Shown: piece after piece, positions 1 through 11,629 of the stretch
Position numbering within the stretch: position 1 is the first letter of the stretch
Layout of the letters: each line of letters begins with the position of its first letter
Source: an uncultured virus (IMG/VR IMGVR_UViG_3300032167_000030)
Taxonomy: Duplodnaviria; Heunggongvirae; Uroviricota; Caudoviricetes
Virus record (IMG/VR): IMGVR_UViG_3300032167_000030
DNA: 64,000 nucleotides
Direction: 5' to 3' (one strand)
The notes under the pieces: generated by a model
Database searches by the model: none
What the model was told of the DNA's origin: nothing
The model's input: only the letters and a program-made list of their open reading frames with translations
Made by a program: the position numbers and the translations under genes

Positions 1-225
1 ATCTCTCTTAAATCATTGATTGAATCAGGTTCAAAAGAAGTAGTATATCATGAAACCGATAGTTTATGTAAGAGCTATAAGGCAAAAGATATATTATTAT
101 TGATTAAAACTGCTGATGAACATAAAATATATCATACAACATACTTTAATAAGCTAAAACATTATATAAAAAGCTTATACGATATTGAAAAGATCAATAG
201 TATTGAATATGGTATTATAATTTAA
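1..225 (+). CDS. Partial hypothetical protein (tail-associated), 5' end outside window
   Basis: Frame open from base 1 to TAA at 225, followed by a terminator. Confidence 0.6.
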   Translation: MSLKSLIESGSKEVVYHETDSLCKSYKAKDILLLIKTADEHKIYHTTYFNKLKHYIKSLYDIEKINSIEYGIII

Positions 226-235
226 CTAAAATATA

Positions 236-270
236 AAAAGGGTAAACCTGAAATAATGGTTTACCCTTTT
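236..270 (+). terminator. Intrinsic terminator
   Basis: AAAAGGGTAAACC-N9-GGTTTACCCTTTT inverted repeat after the stop codon. Confidence 0.8.
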
Positions 271-314
271 CTTTAAAAATTCTGAAGCTAATAAATTGAA
301 AGGAGATATTGTAT

Positions 315-2665
315 ATGATTGAGACACCAATTAATACTAGAATACAAAATAAACATGATATTGAAGATAAATGGTTAGCAGCTACAAATTTCATACCTAA
401 AGCTGGTGAATTAATCGTATACGATGTTGATAATAAGTATTCTTATACACGTATAAAAATAGGCGATGGTGAAACTACTGTTAATGATTTACCATTTGTG
501 TATAGTATAAAAACTGGTGGAGATATTAATGTAGATTCTTTTGGTAATATTACTGTTAATGATTCTAGTCATAATCATAGTATGACTAATATAGAAGGTT
601 TACAAGCTAAATTAGAAGAAATTTCTATGACTATAATTGAACCAGCAAATAATGATATTCCAAAAGTTTTTATTACTGGTGAAATGCCTACTACAAAAGA
701 TGATGTAATAGCTGAAATGACTTATATATCAAAGACGCTTAAGTTTCATTCTTATATAAAAATTAAGTGTCAAGGTACATCTTCATTAAGATATCCTAAA
801 AAGAATTTTACTATTAAATTATTCGAAGATAAAGAACGTACAATAAAATTAAAAAATAACTTTAGATGTTGGGGAGAACAGAATAAGTTCTGTTTAAAAG
901 CAAATTGGATAGATATTTCTCATGCAAGAAATATTGTTTCAGCAAGAATATGGTCTGATATTGTAAAAACTCGTAAAAACTATAATGAACTTCCTGAATT
1001 ATTAACTACAAGTCCAAATCAAGGAGCAATTGATGGATTTTTTATAAAGGTTTATTATAATGGAGTTTATCAAGGTAGATATACTTGGAATATTCCAAAA
1101 GATGCTTGGATGACAAATATGGATGATAGTATTGATTCGCATTGTATTCTTTGTGGAGAGAATTATGATAGTGGTTGTTTTAGAGCACTACCAATTATTG
1201 ATGAAAGTGATTGGTCTGATGAAATTCATGATTCATGTCCTAATAGTATTAAGGCTAGATGGACTGAAGTAATTGATTTTGTTATAAATAGTTCTGATGA
1301 AGAATTTAAAACAAACTTAGATAACTATTTTGATATACCAAGTCTATTAGATTACCATATATTTGGTATTGCTATGTGTGGACTTGATTCTTATGGTAAG
1401 AATCAAATATACATGACATATGATGGCAATAAATGGATTGCATCTATGTATGATATGGACAGTACATGGGGTTTATATTGGAATGGAGAAACACTTGTTT
1501 CTTATGATTATGCTCGTACAAGTTTCGAAGATATGGTAAATGAACGTCAAGGAAATTTACTATATGAACGTTTAGAGCAAAATTTCTATAAAGAACTTCA
1601 AGATCGTTGGATAGAATTAAAAAATTCTGCATTATCTTTATCAAATATCATTAATAGATTTGAACGATTTACAGATGTTATATCTTCTGACTTAATAAAA
1701 GAAGATTATGCATCTACTACTGCTAATGGAAATTATGTTGGAATTCCATCTATTGCAAGAAACAATATTCAGCAAATAAGAAACTTTGCTGTTTTAAGAC
1801 GAGATTGGACTGATCACTATTTCAATATGTTATCACCAATCGAAAGAGTACCATGTACTGGTATTACATTATCTGTAACCGAACTTGTATTTACTAGTAG
1901 GGGAACTCAAACATTAATAGCAACTGTTGAACCAATAAATACTACAGATAGAATTATATGGTCTACTAATGATGACAGTGTTGCTACTGTAAAGATGGTG
2001 TTGTTACCGCTATATTTAATGGAAATGCAATTATTACTGCAACTTGTGGTGAATGTTATGCTACATGTTTTGTTGCAATCAGTGGAATTCAAGATTCTAC
2101 TATTCCTGATGATTCAACTTTACTATATAGTCTACCTGCTGTAACCGAATTTGATGGTACAAACTATATTGATACTGGTATCAGTCCTCTAGCAACAGAC
2201 ACACCTTTTACTATTTTTATTGATTGGACTCATACTGGAGAAAGCTCTTTCGTTGCAAGTAAATATGTTGTTGCTCACTGTATGACAGAAGCATATCCTT
2301 ATCCTGGCTTAATCCTACAATATGGTCCTAATGGTATAATATCTGAGTTTAGACAAGATTTAAATATTTCTTCTAACTCTCAAGGTGGTAATATTGCAAA
2401 TGCTGATCTACAACGAGCAAAGGTTGTTTATAGAAAGGCAGCTGATGGCAATATTACAATTTCAAGATGTTACAATGAAAATGGTCAAATTTATACAAAT
2501 ACAAAACAAGTTGAATATGTTGCAGTTCCTGAAAATCTACTTCTCGGTTGTTATCAAACAACAACTGGTGGAAAAGGACGTTTTGCAAAGGGTATTCTAA
2601 ATGATTGTAGAATTTATAATTGTACCTTAAGTGATGAACAGATTGAAGAAATTCTTCTATCTTAA
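315..2665 (+). CDS. Tail-associated protein: Mtd-N-like N-terminus, CotH-kinase-like domain, Ig-like (Big_2) domain and lectin/LamG-like C-terminus; frameshifted at ~1991-1994
   Basis: N-terminal RIQxKHD..GELIVYD..KIGDG; CotH-like QGTSS..YPKKNF, LKANWID, KN..YDMD. The Ig-like sequence VATVK continues as DGVVTAIFNGNAIITATCG in the -1 frame and joins ORF 2282-2665. Confidence 0.75.
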
Positions 2666-2815
2666 AAAAATCACCTAAAAATTCGTTTTTAGGTGATTAA
2701 ACAAATACTTTTTGCAATCGGAAAAACATTACATTAATTATGAAAATTATAAAGTGAGATTGAAATGATATCTCACTATTTGCTCCAAATTTTGAAATTG
2801 ATAAATTGAAAGGAG

Positions 2816-4054
2816 ATGTATAAATTGGCTGAAAAGTTAATCAATGGCAGAATTCAACATAAGCATGATGTTGAAGCCAATTGGCTAAAAGCCATAAACT
2901 TTTCACCTAAAGAGGGTGAATTAATCATCTACGATGTAGATAGTACTCATAACTATCCTCGTATAAAAATAGGCGATGGCGAAACTAATGTTAATGCTTT
3001 ACCTTTTACACAGAGTTTAGCTATAGCCGATAGTAAGTTAGATGCTAACTCTACTAATCCAGTACAAAACAGTGTTATTAAAACTACAATAGACGAACTT
3101 AACAGTAAACTAGATAGAGTAGTAATTGGTCCTGATATTGAAAGTGGTGGTAGCGAAGGTGGAGAAGGTGAAACTGTTGTTATAACTGACAACGTTGCAA
3201 TATTCAGTGACAATACTGGTAAAGTTCTTAAAGATAGCGGATATACTGTTCAGGAAATTATAAATCAGAATGCTTTCAGTGAAGTTAAGGTTGCTGAAAA
3301 AACTCAAGAAGGTGACATAACACATGTTGACAACGTTGCAGCAGAATATGTTACTGACTCTCTAGTTTTAGCTGCTGGTGCTAACATTACTTTAACACCT
3401 GATAAGGAAAATAAAGCTATCATCATCGAAGCTAAAACTTATGATACTGAGATAGATGAGATTAATACAAAGTTAGCTGATTTACTATATGAAGCAATTA
3501 CTATTAGTAGCTTTACTAACAATGTTGGTACTGTTGAAATTGGTTCTACTGTTAACTCTGTTACTCTAACATGGGCTACTAGTAAGACTCCTGAAAGTCT
3601 AACATTAGATGGTACTGCTATAGAAAAGACTCTAACTACTCATACCTATAGTGGTTTAAATCTAACTAGTAAGAAAACCTATAAGATAGTAGCTACTGAT
3701 GAACGTGGAGCTTCTGCAGAGAAGACTACTTCTGTATCCTTTGTTAATGGTGTATACTATGGTGTTATTAGTAATAGTGCAACTGTTGACAATGCAGCTA
3801 TCTTAGGTTTAACTCGTAAGCTACAAAGTTCCAAGAGTATTACCTTTACAGTAAATCCTGGAACTGGTGAGTATATTGTATTTGCTTTACCTGCAGATTA
3901 TGGTACACCTAATTTTAATGTTGGTGGTTTTGATGGTGGCTTCTTCTTAAAAACTACTTTTGATTTAACAAATGCTTCTGGTCATACAGAATCTTATAAT
4001 GTATACTTCTCTGATCAGGTTGCACTTGGTTCATCAACTGTAAAAGTTAGTTAA
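2816..4054 (+). CDS. Tail fibre/virion protein with Mtd-N-like N-terminus
   Basis: N-terminus paralogous to the 315 protein; beta-rich C-terminus; RBS AAGGAG. Confidence 0.7.
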   Translation: MYKLAEKLINGRIQHKHDVEANWLKAINFSPKEGELIIYDVDSTHNYPRIKIGDGETNVNALPFTQSLAIADSKLDANSTNPVQNSVIKTTIDELNSKLDRVVIGPDIESGGSEGGEGETVVITDNVAIFSDNTGKVLKDSGYTVQEIINQNAFSEVKVAEKTQEGDITHVDNVAAEYVTDSLVLAAGANITLTPDKENKAIIIEAKTYDTEIDEINTKLADLLYEAITISSFTNNVGTVEIGSTVNSVTLTWATSKTPESLTLDGTAIEKTLTTHTYSGLNLTSKKTYKIVATDERGASAEKTTSVSFVNGVYYGVISNSATVDNAAILGLTRKLQSSKSITFTVNPGTGEYIVFALPADYGTPNFNVGGFDGGFFLKTTFDLTNASGHTESYNVYFSDQVALGSSTVKVS

Positions 4055-4073
4055 AAGGAGGGAGAAATGATAT

Positions 4074-4520
4074 ATGGCTGTTGAAATACAAAGTACTATA
4101 AAACCAAAAGGTTATTCAACTGGTGGTGGTCAATTCTTCCTAGTTAATGCTGAAGATGTTGATGTTAAATCTGGTGGTGAAGGTAGTAGTTTTCCTAGTT
4201 CATCACTAAGTATGTATTTAGATGAACTTGAAACTAGACTTACTGAGTATATAAAAGGTCTATCAGTATTAGGTTCATTGATTTCTTTTACTAAAGGTGA
4301 TGGAAATGAGGGTTCATTTAATACTACATGGATTGGTACTAGAGAAGAATATGAAGCTGCTAATTCAGAAAATAAGATTCCTGTTGGTACTATTGTAGTA
4401 ATAACTGATGAAGTAGATGAAGACATCAATGATGATACTGGTAATGATGACGATATCAATGCTGATGCTACTTCTTCTATACTTGGCGTTGGTGTTTTAG
4501 GTCAAATGATCCTAGGATAA
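4074..4520 (+). CDS. Tail-fibre-associated protein
   Basis: RBS AGGAGGG; WIGTREEYEA motif common in phage fibre modules; operon context. Confidence 0.6.
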   Translation: MAVEIQSTIKPKGYSTGGGQFFLVNAEDVDVKSGGEGSSFPSSSLSMYLDELETRLTEYIKGLSVLGSLISFTKGDGNEGSFNTTWIGTREEYEAANSENKIPVGTIVVITDEVDEDINDDTGNDDDINADATSSILGVGVLGQMILG

Positions 4521-4546
4521 AAATTTAAAGGAGGAAAATTTAAGTT

Positions 4547-5335
4547 ATGATAATTACTTTAACTGGTGCTAATTTTAGCACATCTAACATTGGTACTCTA
4601 TCTTCTTGGAGTATTTCTACTGTTTTAGGTAGTGGTGCTACCTATAGTGGTAATCGTGTTGTTGACAAGGATGCTGCATTAAATGCAACTGTTACTATTG
4701 CTGAAGGCTATGAACTAGGTGCTGCTGGTGTTACTGTTACTATGGGTGGTTCTGCTGTAACTTCTGGCGTTACTGTTAATGGCAATACTATCATTATTAG
4801 TATTGCAAAGGTTACTGGCACTGTTGTTATTAAGGTTCCTACTAAGAATACTGCTACTGGTGAAGATGATAATGGTGGTAATGGAGATGTTGTTGAGCCT
4901 GAAAATCCTGTTGCAAAACATCCATACGCAAATGGGGCAACTATGCCAAGTGACGGTATTATAACTGCAGATATGACTGTAGTTTTAAATCATACCTGGT
5001 TAAATGGAACTGATACTACTTTATTAGACAATCAAGATGAAAGTGCTGGAACAACAAGTACAAACTATTTCTGTTCTTACTTACCTATTGATATTACAGG
5101 TTATACAAAACTTGATATAACTGCAAATAATGAAAATGCAGCTTACTATCAGTTCTTTACTACTGATGGCTCTTATAAATTGACAGGTGCTAGAATTAAA
5201 GTAGACAAAGGTACTACTTTAAATGAACAAAGTATTCCAAGTAAAGCTAAATATTTAATTGTAGCTCATTCTCGTATTAAGGACGATGGTTTAACATATA
5301 GTTACTTCCCCACTAATTTAAAAATTTATAAATAA
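4547..5335 (+). CDS. Tail-associated beta-rich protein
   Basis: Strong RBS; C-terminal domain paralogous to the C-terminus of 5355-7595 (YYQF..YLIVAH..YFPT). Confidence 0.65.
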   Translation: MIITLTGANFSTSNIGTLSSWSISTVLGSGATYSGNRVVDKDAALNATVTIAEGYELGAAGVTVTMGGSAVTSGVTVNGNTIIISIAKVTGTVVIKVPTKNTATGEDDNGGNGDVVEPENPVAKHPYANGATMPSDGIITADMTVVLNHTWLNGTDTTLLDNQDESAGTTSTNYFCSYLPIDITGYTKLDITANNENAAYYQFFTTDGSYKLTGARIKVDKGTTLNEQSIPSKAKYLIVAHSRIKDDGLTYSYFPTNLKIYK

Positions 5336-5354
5336 TAATTAGGGGGTATTTAAG

Positions 5355-7595
5355 ATGTCTTATTTAATTCAAAATTTTGAAAAAGGTCAAACTTTAGAGG
5401 CTTCCCATTTAAATTTAATTGAACAAGGTATCGTTCAATCAGATAAAGAGAGAATTTATCCTATTACATCTACCGGATATTACTCAGCTTCTTGTTCTGC
5501 TGCTTCAAATTCTTCTTATGAAAAATGCACTTTTGATGTAAGAAAATATAGAGGCAGTACAATTATAGTTAATGCTTATCCAAATTCAACTGGATATTGT
5601 ACTTTAATTGGTTCCTCAAAAACAGATATAATTGAGCAGTGGAATTCTGGAACTTGCAAGTATTTGAGTATTCCAGAAACAGCAACAATGCTTTATATTT
5701 CAAATGATTTTGCTAATTTCTCTGATTTTAATATTGAAGTTCCAAAATCTAAAGAACGCCATAAAGGTTTTTTATATTTTGCTGATTTTGCTAATCCCGA
5801 TTCTTTAGATTACAACGATTTTGTAGACCATAAAATCAATGGTACTTTTAAAGATGGTGGCTTAGTTTTAAATACTGGTATTGGAAATGGAATCTTATTA
5901 AATAAAGTTATTTTAGCAGATGCTCAAACTATGGCTGTTGAAGTACAAACAATCACCAATCAAGAAGAAATCTATTTAAGTACTAAAACTACACAAGGTT
6001 CCTGTTCACATGGAACTATGTTATGTGTTAATTTTAAAAATAAAATTATGAAACTAGCAAAAGGAAGTAATGGAGGTAATGTACCTTCTTCTTTCTATAA
6101 GAATGTAGATATTAGCGATGTAGTTGATTCAATTGGTGGTCAAGATAATAATCATCTATTTACAATTAAATTAGAAAAAGCTGATGGTCCTATTAGAGCA
6201 ACAATTATTAATGATCATACAAATAAATCAGTAACTTTCTTAGCCGGATTAGAAACAGTAGCACAAAAGGATGAGTCAAGTACTGGTTTGACTAGAGGAA
6301 AGAGTCCAGTTGGACGTATGTATGATTCTCCACAATTGTTTGTATCATCTGGCTCTCCAGTTATTCGTAAATGGTATGGTCGTACTTGGTGTACTAAACC
6401 CAAGGTTATGTTCTTTGGAGATAGTATTACTCAGGGAACTCATAATCTACCAGACGATGCCTTTGCAATTAGATGTGGTAGATATTTTGGCAATTCTATT
6501 GCTTGTGGTAGAGGTTCTGGAGATATTATGTGTTGTGTTAATACTGTACGTAGTATGGTTCCACGTTTAAAACCTGAAGCTATTGTAGTTACAATCGGCA
6601 CTAATGGTGGTAATAAATATCTATATCAAAAGTTTATTGATATATGTGAGTATTTTAATGTAATTTTAATTTTAAATACTTGCTGGGCTTGTGATGGTCG
6701 TGCTGGAAGTATTAAACCTTTAAATGAACACATTGTTTCTTTAGGACAATTTGGATGTCGCCTTGATTTATTAACTAGTAAAAATAATGTTATTTCTGGT
6801 GGTCAGGATAAAACTTATTTTGCTTCTGATGGAACTCATTTAAGTCCATTAGGAAATACATTGACATATGAAGCTATTACATCTGAATTTAGCTGGTTGC
6901 GTGATAATAGTAACAAGGCTGAATTTGATAGTGAATATAAAGTATATCTTGTATTAGATAGTGGTATTGAATACAGTGGTCCTTCTACAGTACAAAAAGG
7001 ACAGAGTTTTAATGCTACTTTAACTTTAAATAGTGGTTGTTCTTTAGGTAGTGAAGGTATTAGCATTATGATGAGATATGGTGAATTAAAAAATGCTTAT
7101 ACTACTTCTGGAGATGTTACCACTATTAACGTACCAGACGTTAATGGTGATATCTATATCTATGCTGACGTTAAAGGTGGTACTAGTAGTGGTGAAAGTG
7201 AATTACCTGAAGATTTACCAACCGAAGATAAAGTGTTAACTGAATCTGATTTTGAGATATTTGATAATACTTGGATTATGAGTAGTGGTACATCTTTAGC
7301 AACTGCTCAAGATGGTTATTATACTGCTTATTGTCCTATTAAAGGATATTCCAAAATTGATATAACTGCACAAAATAATTTTACCACTTATTATCAGTTT
7401 AGTATTGATGAAGACTTAATTGATTTGAGCGGTTCTCGTCAATCTGTTGAAAAAGGACAGAGCACAACTAATATAGCTGTACCTTCTAACGCTCAATACT
7501 TAATTGTAGCACACCATAGAACTAATTCTACTGATGCTAATGCTGTTGAAGGATATGCTTTATACTTCCCAACTTATATTAAGGCTTATATTTAA
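5355..7595 (+). CDS. Tail spike/receptor-binding protein with SGNH/GDSL esterase domain
   Basis: FFGDS block I, G block II, IGTN block III, DGTH block V; BppU-like N-terminus (QNFEKGQTLEASHLNLIEQGI). Confidence 0.75.
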   Translation: MSYLIQNFEKGQTLEASHLNLIEQGIVQSDKERIYPITSTGYYSASCSAASNSSYEKCTFDVRKYRGSTIIVNAYPNSTGYCTLIGSSKTDIIEQWNSGTCKYLSIPETATMLYISNDFANFSDFNIEVPKSKERHKGFLYFADFANPDSLDYNDFVDHKINGTFKDGGLVLNTGIGNGILLNKVILADAQTMAVEVQTITNQEEIYLSTKTTQGSCSHGTMLCVNFKNKIMKLAKGSNGGNVPSSFYKNVDISDVVDSIGGQDNNHLFTIKLEKADGPIRATIINDHTNKSVTFLAGLETVAQKDESSTGLTRGKSPVGRMYDSPQLFVSSGSPVIRKWYGRTWCTKPKVMFFGDSITQGTHNLPDDAFAIRCGRYFGNSIACGRGSGDIMCCVNTVRSMVPRLKPEAIVVTIGTNGGNKYLYQKFIDICEYFNVILILNTCWACDGRAGSIKPLNEHIVSLGQFGCRLDLLTSKNNVISGGQDKTYFASDGTHLSPLGNTLTYEAITSEFSWLRDNSNKAEFDSEYKVYLVLDSGIEYSGPSTVQKGQSFNATLTLNSGCSLGSEGISIMMRYGELKNAYTTSGDVTTINVPDVNGDIYIYADVKGGTSSGESELPEDLPTEDKVLTESDFEIFDNTWIMSSGTSLATAQDGYYTAYCPIKGYSKIDITAQNNFTTYYQFSIDEDLIDLSGSRQSVEKGQSTTNIAVPSNAQYLIVAHHRTNSTDANAVEGYALYFPTYIKAYI

Positions 7596-7733
7596 TTATA
7601 TAAATAATTGGTAAACATTTAAGATATAAAAATAGCTAAATAATATAAGATTTTTTTATATTATTTAGCTATTTTATAAATTTTTAAACGAAATTTCTCT
7701 ATACAAATTTTGAAAGGAGGTAATTTCAATCAT

Positions 7734-10499
7734 ATGAGTATAAATATCCAACTTGAAAATGGATTACAAAAACTTTCTGGTCAATCAGTAACTAAAAGTA
7801 AGATAATCTCTTCATTAGGTTACACTCCTGCTAAAAATACTGACGTAGATGTTATAAATACTACTATTGATGCGCATAAAAAAGATACTAGTGTTCACTT
7901 TAATGGTAATTATAATGATCTAAAAAATAAACCTAACATTACTGAAGATGGTTCTGGTGAAGTAACTATCGCTGATAAGTCTGGTAATGTTATCTTTAGA
8001 GTAGACGCTCAAGGTGCTCATACTACTAAATTAGAACTTAGTAGTGGAGATATTGATAGACAAATTGATGCTTTAGAGACATCTTTAGCTACTCATAAAG
8101 AAGATACTAGTCTTCATTTTAGTGGTGATTATAACGATCTAGAGAATAAACCTAACATCGTAGAAGATGGTTCTGGTGAAGTTTCTATTACCGATAATGA
8201 TGGTAACATTATCTTTAAAGTAGATGCTCAAGGTGCTCATACTACTAAACTAAGTCTTAGTAGTGGAGACGTTGATAGACAGATTGACGCTTTAGAAACA
8301 TCTTTAGCTACTCATAAAGAAGATACTAGTCTTCATTTTAGTGGAGATTATAACGATCTAGAGAATAAACCTAACATTACCGAAGATGGTTCTGGCGAGG
8401 TTGTAATTGCCGATAATGATGGTAACATTATCTTTAAAGTAGATGCTCAAGGTGCTCATACTACTAAACTAAGTCTTAGTAGTGGAGACGTTGATAGACA
8501 GATTGACGCTTTAGAAACATCTTTAAATGATCATAAAGAGAATGATTTCCACTTCAGTGGTGATTATAACGATCTAGAGAATAAACCTAACATTACCGAA
8601 GATGGTTCTGGTGAGGTTGTAATTGCCGATAACTCTGGTAATGTTATCTTAAAGGTAGACAGTACTGGTCTAGAGACAACTGACATTAAAGCAAAATCTG
8701 TAGTTGTTGAAGGTACTAATGTCACTACTAAGTTTAGTGAACATGAAACCTTAATTAGCAACAAGGTAAATACTGCTGATATAGTTGACAATCTAACTTC
8801 TATTGATACTAATAAGCCTTTAAGTGCTAATCAGGGTAAAGTTCTTAAAGATTTAGTTGATGCAAAAGTAAATACTGCTGATATCATTGATAACTTATCC
8901 TCTACTGATACTAATAAACCTTTAAGTGCTAATCAGGGTAATGTTCTAAAAACTTCAATAGATGAAGTTGATACAGCTTTAGATAATCATAGAGAGAATG
9001 ATTTCCACTTTAGTGGAGATTATAACGATCTAAGTAATAAGCCTAACATTACTGAGGATAACTCTGGTGATGTAGTAATTGCTGATAATTCTGGTAATGT
9101 AATTCTAAGAGTTGATAATTCTGGCCTAGAAACAACTAATGTTAAAGCAAAAACTGTAGTTGTTGATGGTACTGATGTTACTACTAAGTTTAGTGAACAA
9201 GCTACTTTTATAGAAGACTTAAAAAGAAGACTAAATGCATTAGCTGATAGTGATGATACAACTTTAGACCAACTAAGTGAAATTGTTGCATATATTAAGT
9301 CAAATAAGAGTTTAATTGATTCAATTACAACCAGTAAGGTAAATGTTTCTGATATCATTGATAATCTGACTTCTACTGATACTAATAAACCTTTAAGTGC
9401 TAATCAGGGTAAAGTTCTTAGAACATTACTTGATGGGTTATCAACTGCTTTAGATACTCATTCTACTGATGGAAGTATCCACATTACACCTACTGAAAGA
9501 ACTAATTGGGATAACCATATTGCTAATAAGAATAATCCTCATAGTGTTACTAAAGCACAGGTTGGTTTAGGTAATGTAGATAATACATCCGATGCTAACA
9601 AACCTGTTTCAACTGCACAGCAAACAGCTTTAGATGCTCTAAAGGCTGAGTTAAGTGAAACTATTGTTTCTGAATCAAAAGAATGGGTTATTGTTGATAA
9701 TTCTGGTAATGTAATTCTAAGAGTAGATAATTCTGGTCTAGAAACAACTGATATTAAAGCAAAAACTTCAATTACTGTTAATGGTACTGATGTAAAAGTG
9801 GCTCTTGATAGTAAAGTAAATGTTACCGATATTGTTAATAATCTAACATCTACTGATACTAATAAACCTTTAAGTGCTAAACAAGGTAATGTTCTTAAAG
9901 ATTTACTAAGTACTCATGGTAGTGATACTTCTACTCACAGTGATATTCGTACAACTATTACTACTCATACTAGTAATGGAGATATCCATGTTACTAAAGC
10001 AGATAAGACTGCATGGAATGCTAAAGCTGATCAAACAGCTTTAACTACTCATACTGGTAATACTACTGTTCATATTACTGAAGCAGAAAGAACTAAGTGG
10101 AATAAGAACATTACTGATTTAAGTACTCATACTAGTAATGGAGATATCCATGTTACTAAAGCAGATAAGACTGCATGGAATGCTAAAGCTGATCAAACAG
10201 CTTTAACTACTCATACTGGTAATACTACTGTTCATATTACTGCTAATGAGAGAAATACTTGGAATAGTAAATCAGATTTCTCTGGTAACTATAACGATCT
10301 AGATAATGCTCCTAACATTACAGAAGATAATTCTGAGACTTATAATATCGTTGATAAATCTGGTAACATTATTATGACTGTTAATAAAGATGGTATTAAT
10401 ACTACTAATGTTTCATTAAAGGGCGTACCTATTTACAACTATATTGTAGATATTGATTATTCTTTATTATCTTTTGATACTACTGCAATCGTTTCTTAA
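7734..10499 (+). CDS. Long repetitive tail fibre protein
   Basis: Multiple HFSGDYNDLENKPNITEDGSGEV and DNLTSTDTNKPLSANQG repeats; NPHSVTKAQVGLGNVDNTSD fibre motif. Confidence 0.8.
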   Translation: MSINIQLENGLQKLSGQSVTKSKIISSLGYTPAKNTDVDVINTTIDAHKKDTSVHFNGNYNDLKNKPNITEDGSGEVTIADKSGNVIFRVDAQGAHTTKLELSSGDIDRQIDALETSLATHKEDTSLHFSGDYNDLENKPNIVEDGSGEVSITDNDGNIIFKVDAQGAHTTKLSLSSGDVDRQIDALETSLATHKEDTSLHFSGDYNDLENKPNITEDGSGEVVIADNDGNIIFKVDAQGAHTTKLSLSSGDVDRQIDALETSLNDHKENDFHFSGDYNDLENKPNITEDGSGEVVIADNSGNVILKVDSTGLETTDIKAKSVVVEGTNVTTKFSEHETLISNKVNTADIVDNLTSIDTNKPLSANQGKVLKDLVDAKVNTADIIDNLSSTDTNKPLSANQGNVLKTSIDEVDTALDNHRENDFHFSGDYNDLSNKPNITEDNSGDVVIADNSGNVILRVDNSGLETTNVKAKTVVVDGTDVTTKFSEQATFIEDLKRRLNALADSDDTTLDQLSEIVAYIKSNKSLIDSITTSKVNVSDIIDNLTSTDTNKPLSANQGKVLRTLLDGLSTALDTHSTDGSIHITPTERTNWDNHIANKNNPHSVTKAQVGLGNVDNTSDANKPVSTAQQTALDALKAELSETIVSESKEWVIVDNSGNVILRVDNSGLETTDIKAKTSITVNGTDVKVALDSKVNVTDIVNNLTSTDTNKPLSAKQGNVLKDLLSTHGSDTSTHSDIRTTITTHTSNGDIHVTKADKTAWNAKADQTALTTHTGNTTVHITEAERTKWNKNITDLSTHTSNGDIHVTKADKTAWNAKADQTALTTHTGNTTVHITANERNTWNSKSDFSGNYNDLDNAPNITEDNSETYNIVDKSGNIIMTVNKDGINTTNVSLKGVPIYNYIVDIDYSLLSFDTTAIVS

Positions 10500-10677
10500 T
10501 GATTAAAAATTTTCTCCTATATCTAAAACTTTATAGCTTTAGATATAGGAGATTTTTATGCAAATTTTATCTTAAAGAACATACTATTAATAAAGGATAT
10601 GTAAATGGTAAATTGTTCTTAGAAAACTTATATAAAATTTTTATTAAGATTTAGATAAAAGGAGTGGTTAAAATATA

Positions 10678-11520
10678 ATGGATATTTTACAAGCTTTAGT
10701 AAACCTAAGAGACGATTTAAAGACTTGGGTTGCAAACAATTTAAGAAAAAAGGTTGATAAAGTAGACGGAAAAGGATTATCAACTAACGACTATACTACT
10801 ACCGAAAAGAATAAGTTAGCTGGAATTGCTACTGGTGCAGAAGTAAACCAGAATGCTTTTAGTAATGTAAAGGTTGGTTCAACTACTATTGCTGCTGATA
10901 CTAAAACTGATACTTTAACTTTAGTGGCAGGTACTAACATTACTTTAACACCTGATGCTACTAATGATAAGGTTACTATTGCAGCTACTGATACTGTTTA
11001 TACTCATCCTACTACTGCTGGTAATAAACATATTCCTAGTGGTGGTTCTAGTGGACAAATTTTACGTTGGTCTGCTGCTGGTACTGCTGTTTGGGGAGTA
11101 GATAATGATACTGTCACTACTGTAACTGAAACTGGTGATGGTAATGCTATTACTTCTATATCTGCTACTAATGGTGCTGTTACTGCAACAAAGGGTTCTA
11201 CATTTGCACTTTATGATGATGTGTCATCTGCATTTAATGCATTGAAGGAAACTTATTTACCTGCTAATTATATAACTAAAGTTAAAACTAGAGTAACTAT
11301 TACTTTAGCTGTTGCTAGTTGGTCTAGTAATACTCAAACTGTTACTTGCTCTGGTGTTACTACTGATAACTTAGTAATTGTTAGTCCTACATCTGCTTCT
11401 TTAACTGATTATAAGAACGCAGGTGTTACTTGTACCACTCAAGCTGCTAATAGTTTAACTTTTACTTGCGAAAATATACCTACAGCTGACTTAACTGTAG
11501 ATATTGACATTATTGACTAA
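10678..11520 (+). CDS. Tail fibre protein
   Basis: KVDKVDGKGLSTNDYTTTEKNKL and YTHP..HIPSGG fibre motifs; C-terminus nearly identical to that of 11630-15361. Confidence 0.75.
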   Translation: MDILQALVNLRDDLKTWVANNLRKKVDKVDGKGLSTNDYTTTEKNKLAGIATGAEVNQNAFSNVKVGSTTIAADTKTDTLTLVAGTNITLTPDATNDKVTIAATDTVYTHPTTAGNKHIPSGGSSGQILRWSAAGTAVWGVDNDTVTTVTETGDGNAITSISATNGAVTATKGSTFALYDDVSSAFNALKETYLPANYITKVKTRVTITLAVASWSSNTQTVTCSGVTTDNLVIVSPTSASLTDYKNAGVTCTTQAANSLTFTCENIPTADLTVDIDIID

Positions 11521-11629
11521 AATTAACGAATATTAGAATATGCATTTCTTATGCATATTCTAATATCATTTACTTTACTAAAAAACATATCATTATAAGA
11601 AACTATAAAAGAAAGGAGTGTTTTTTAAA

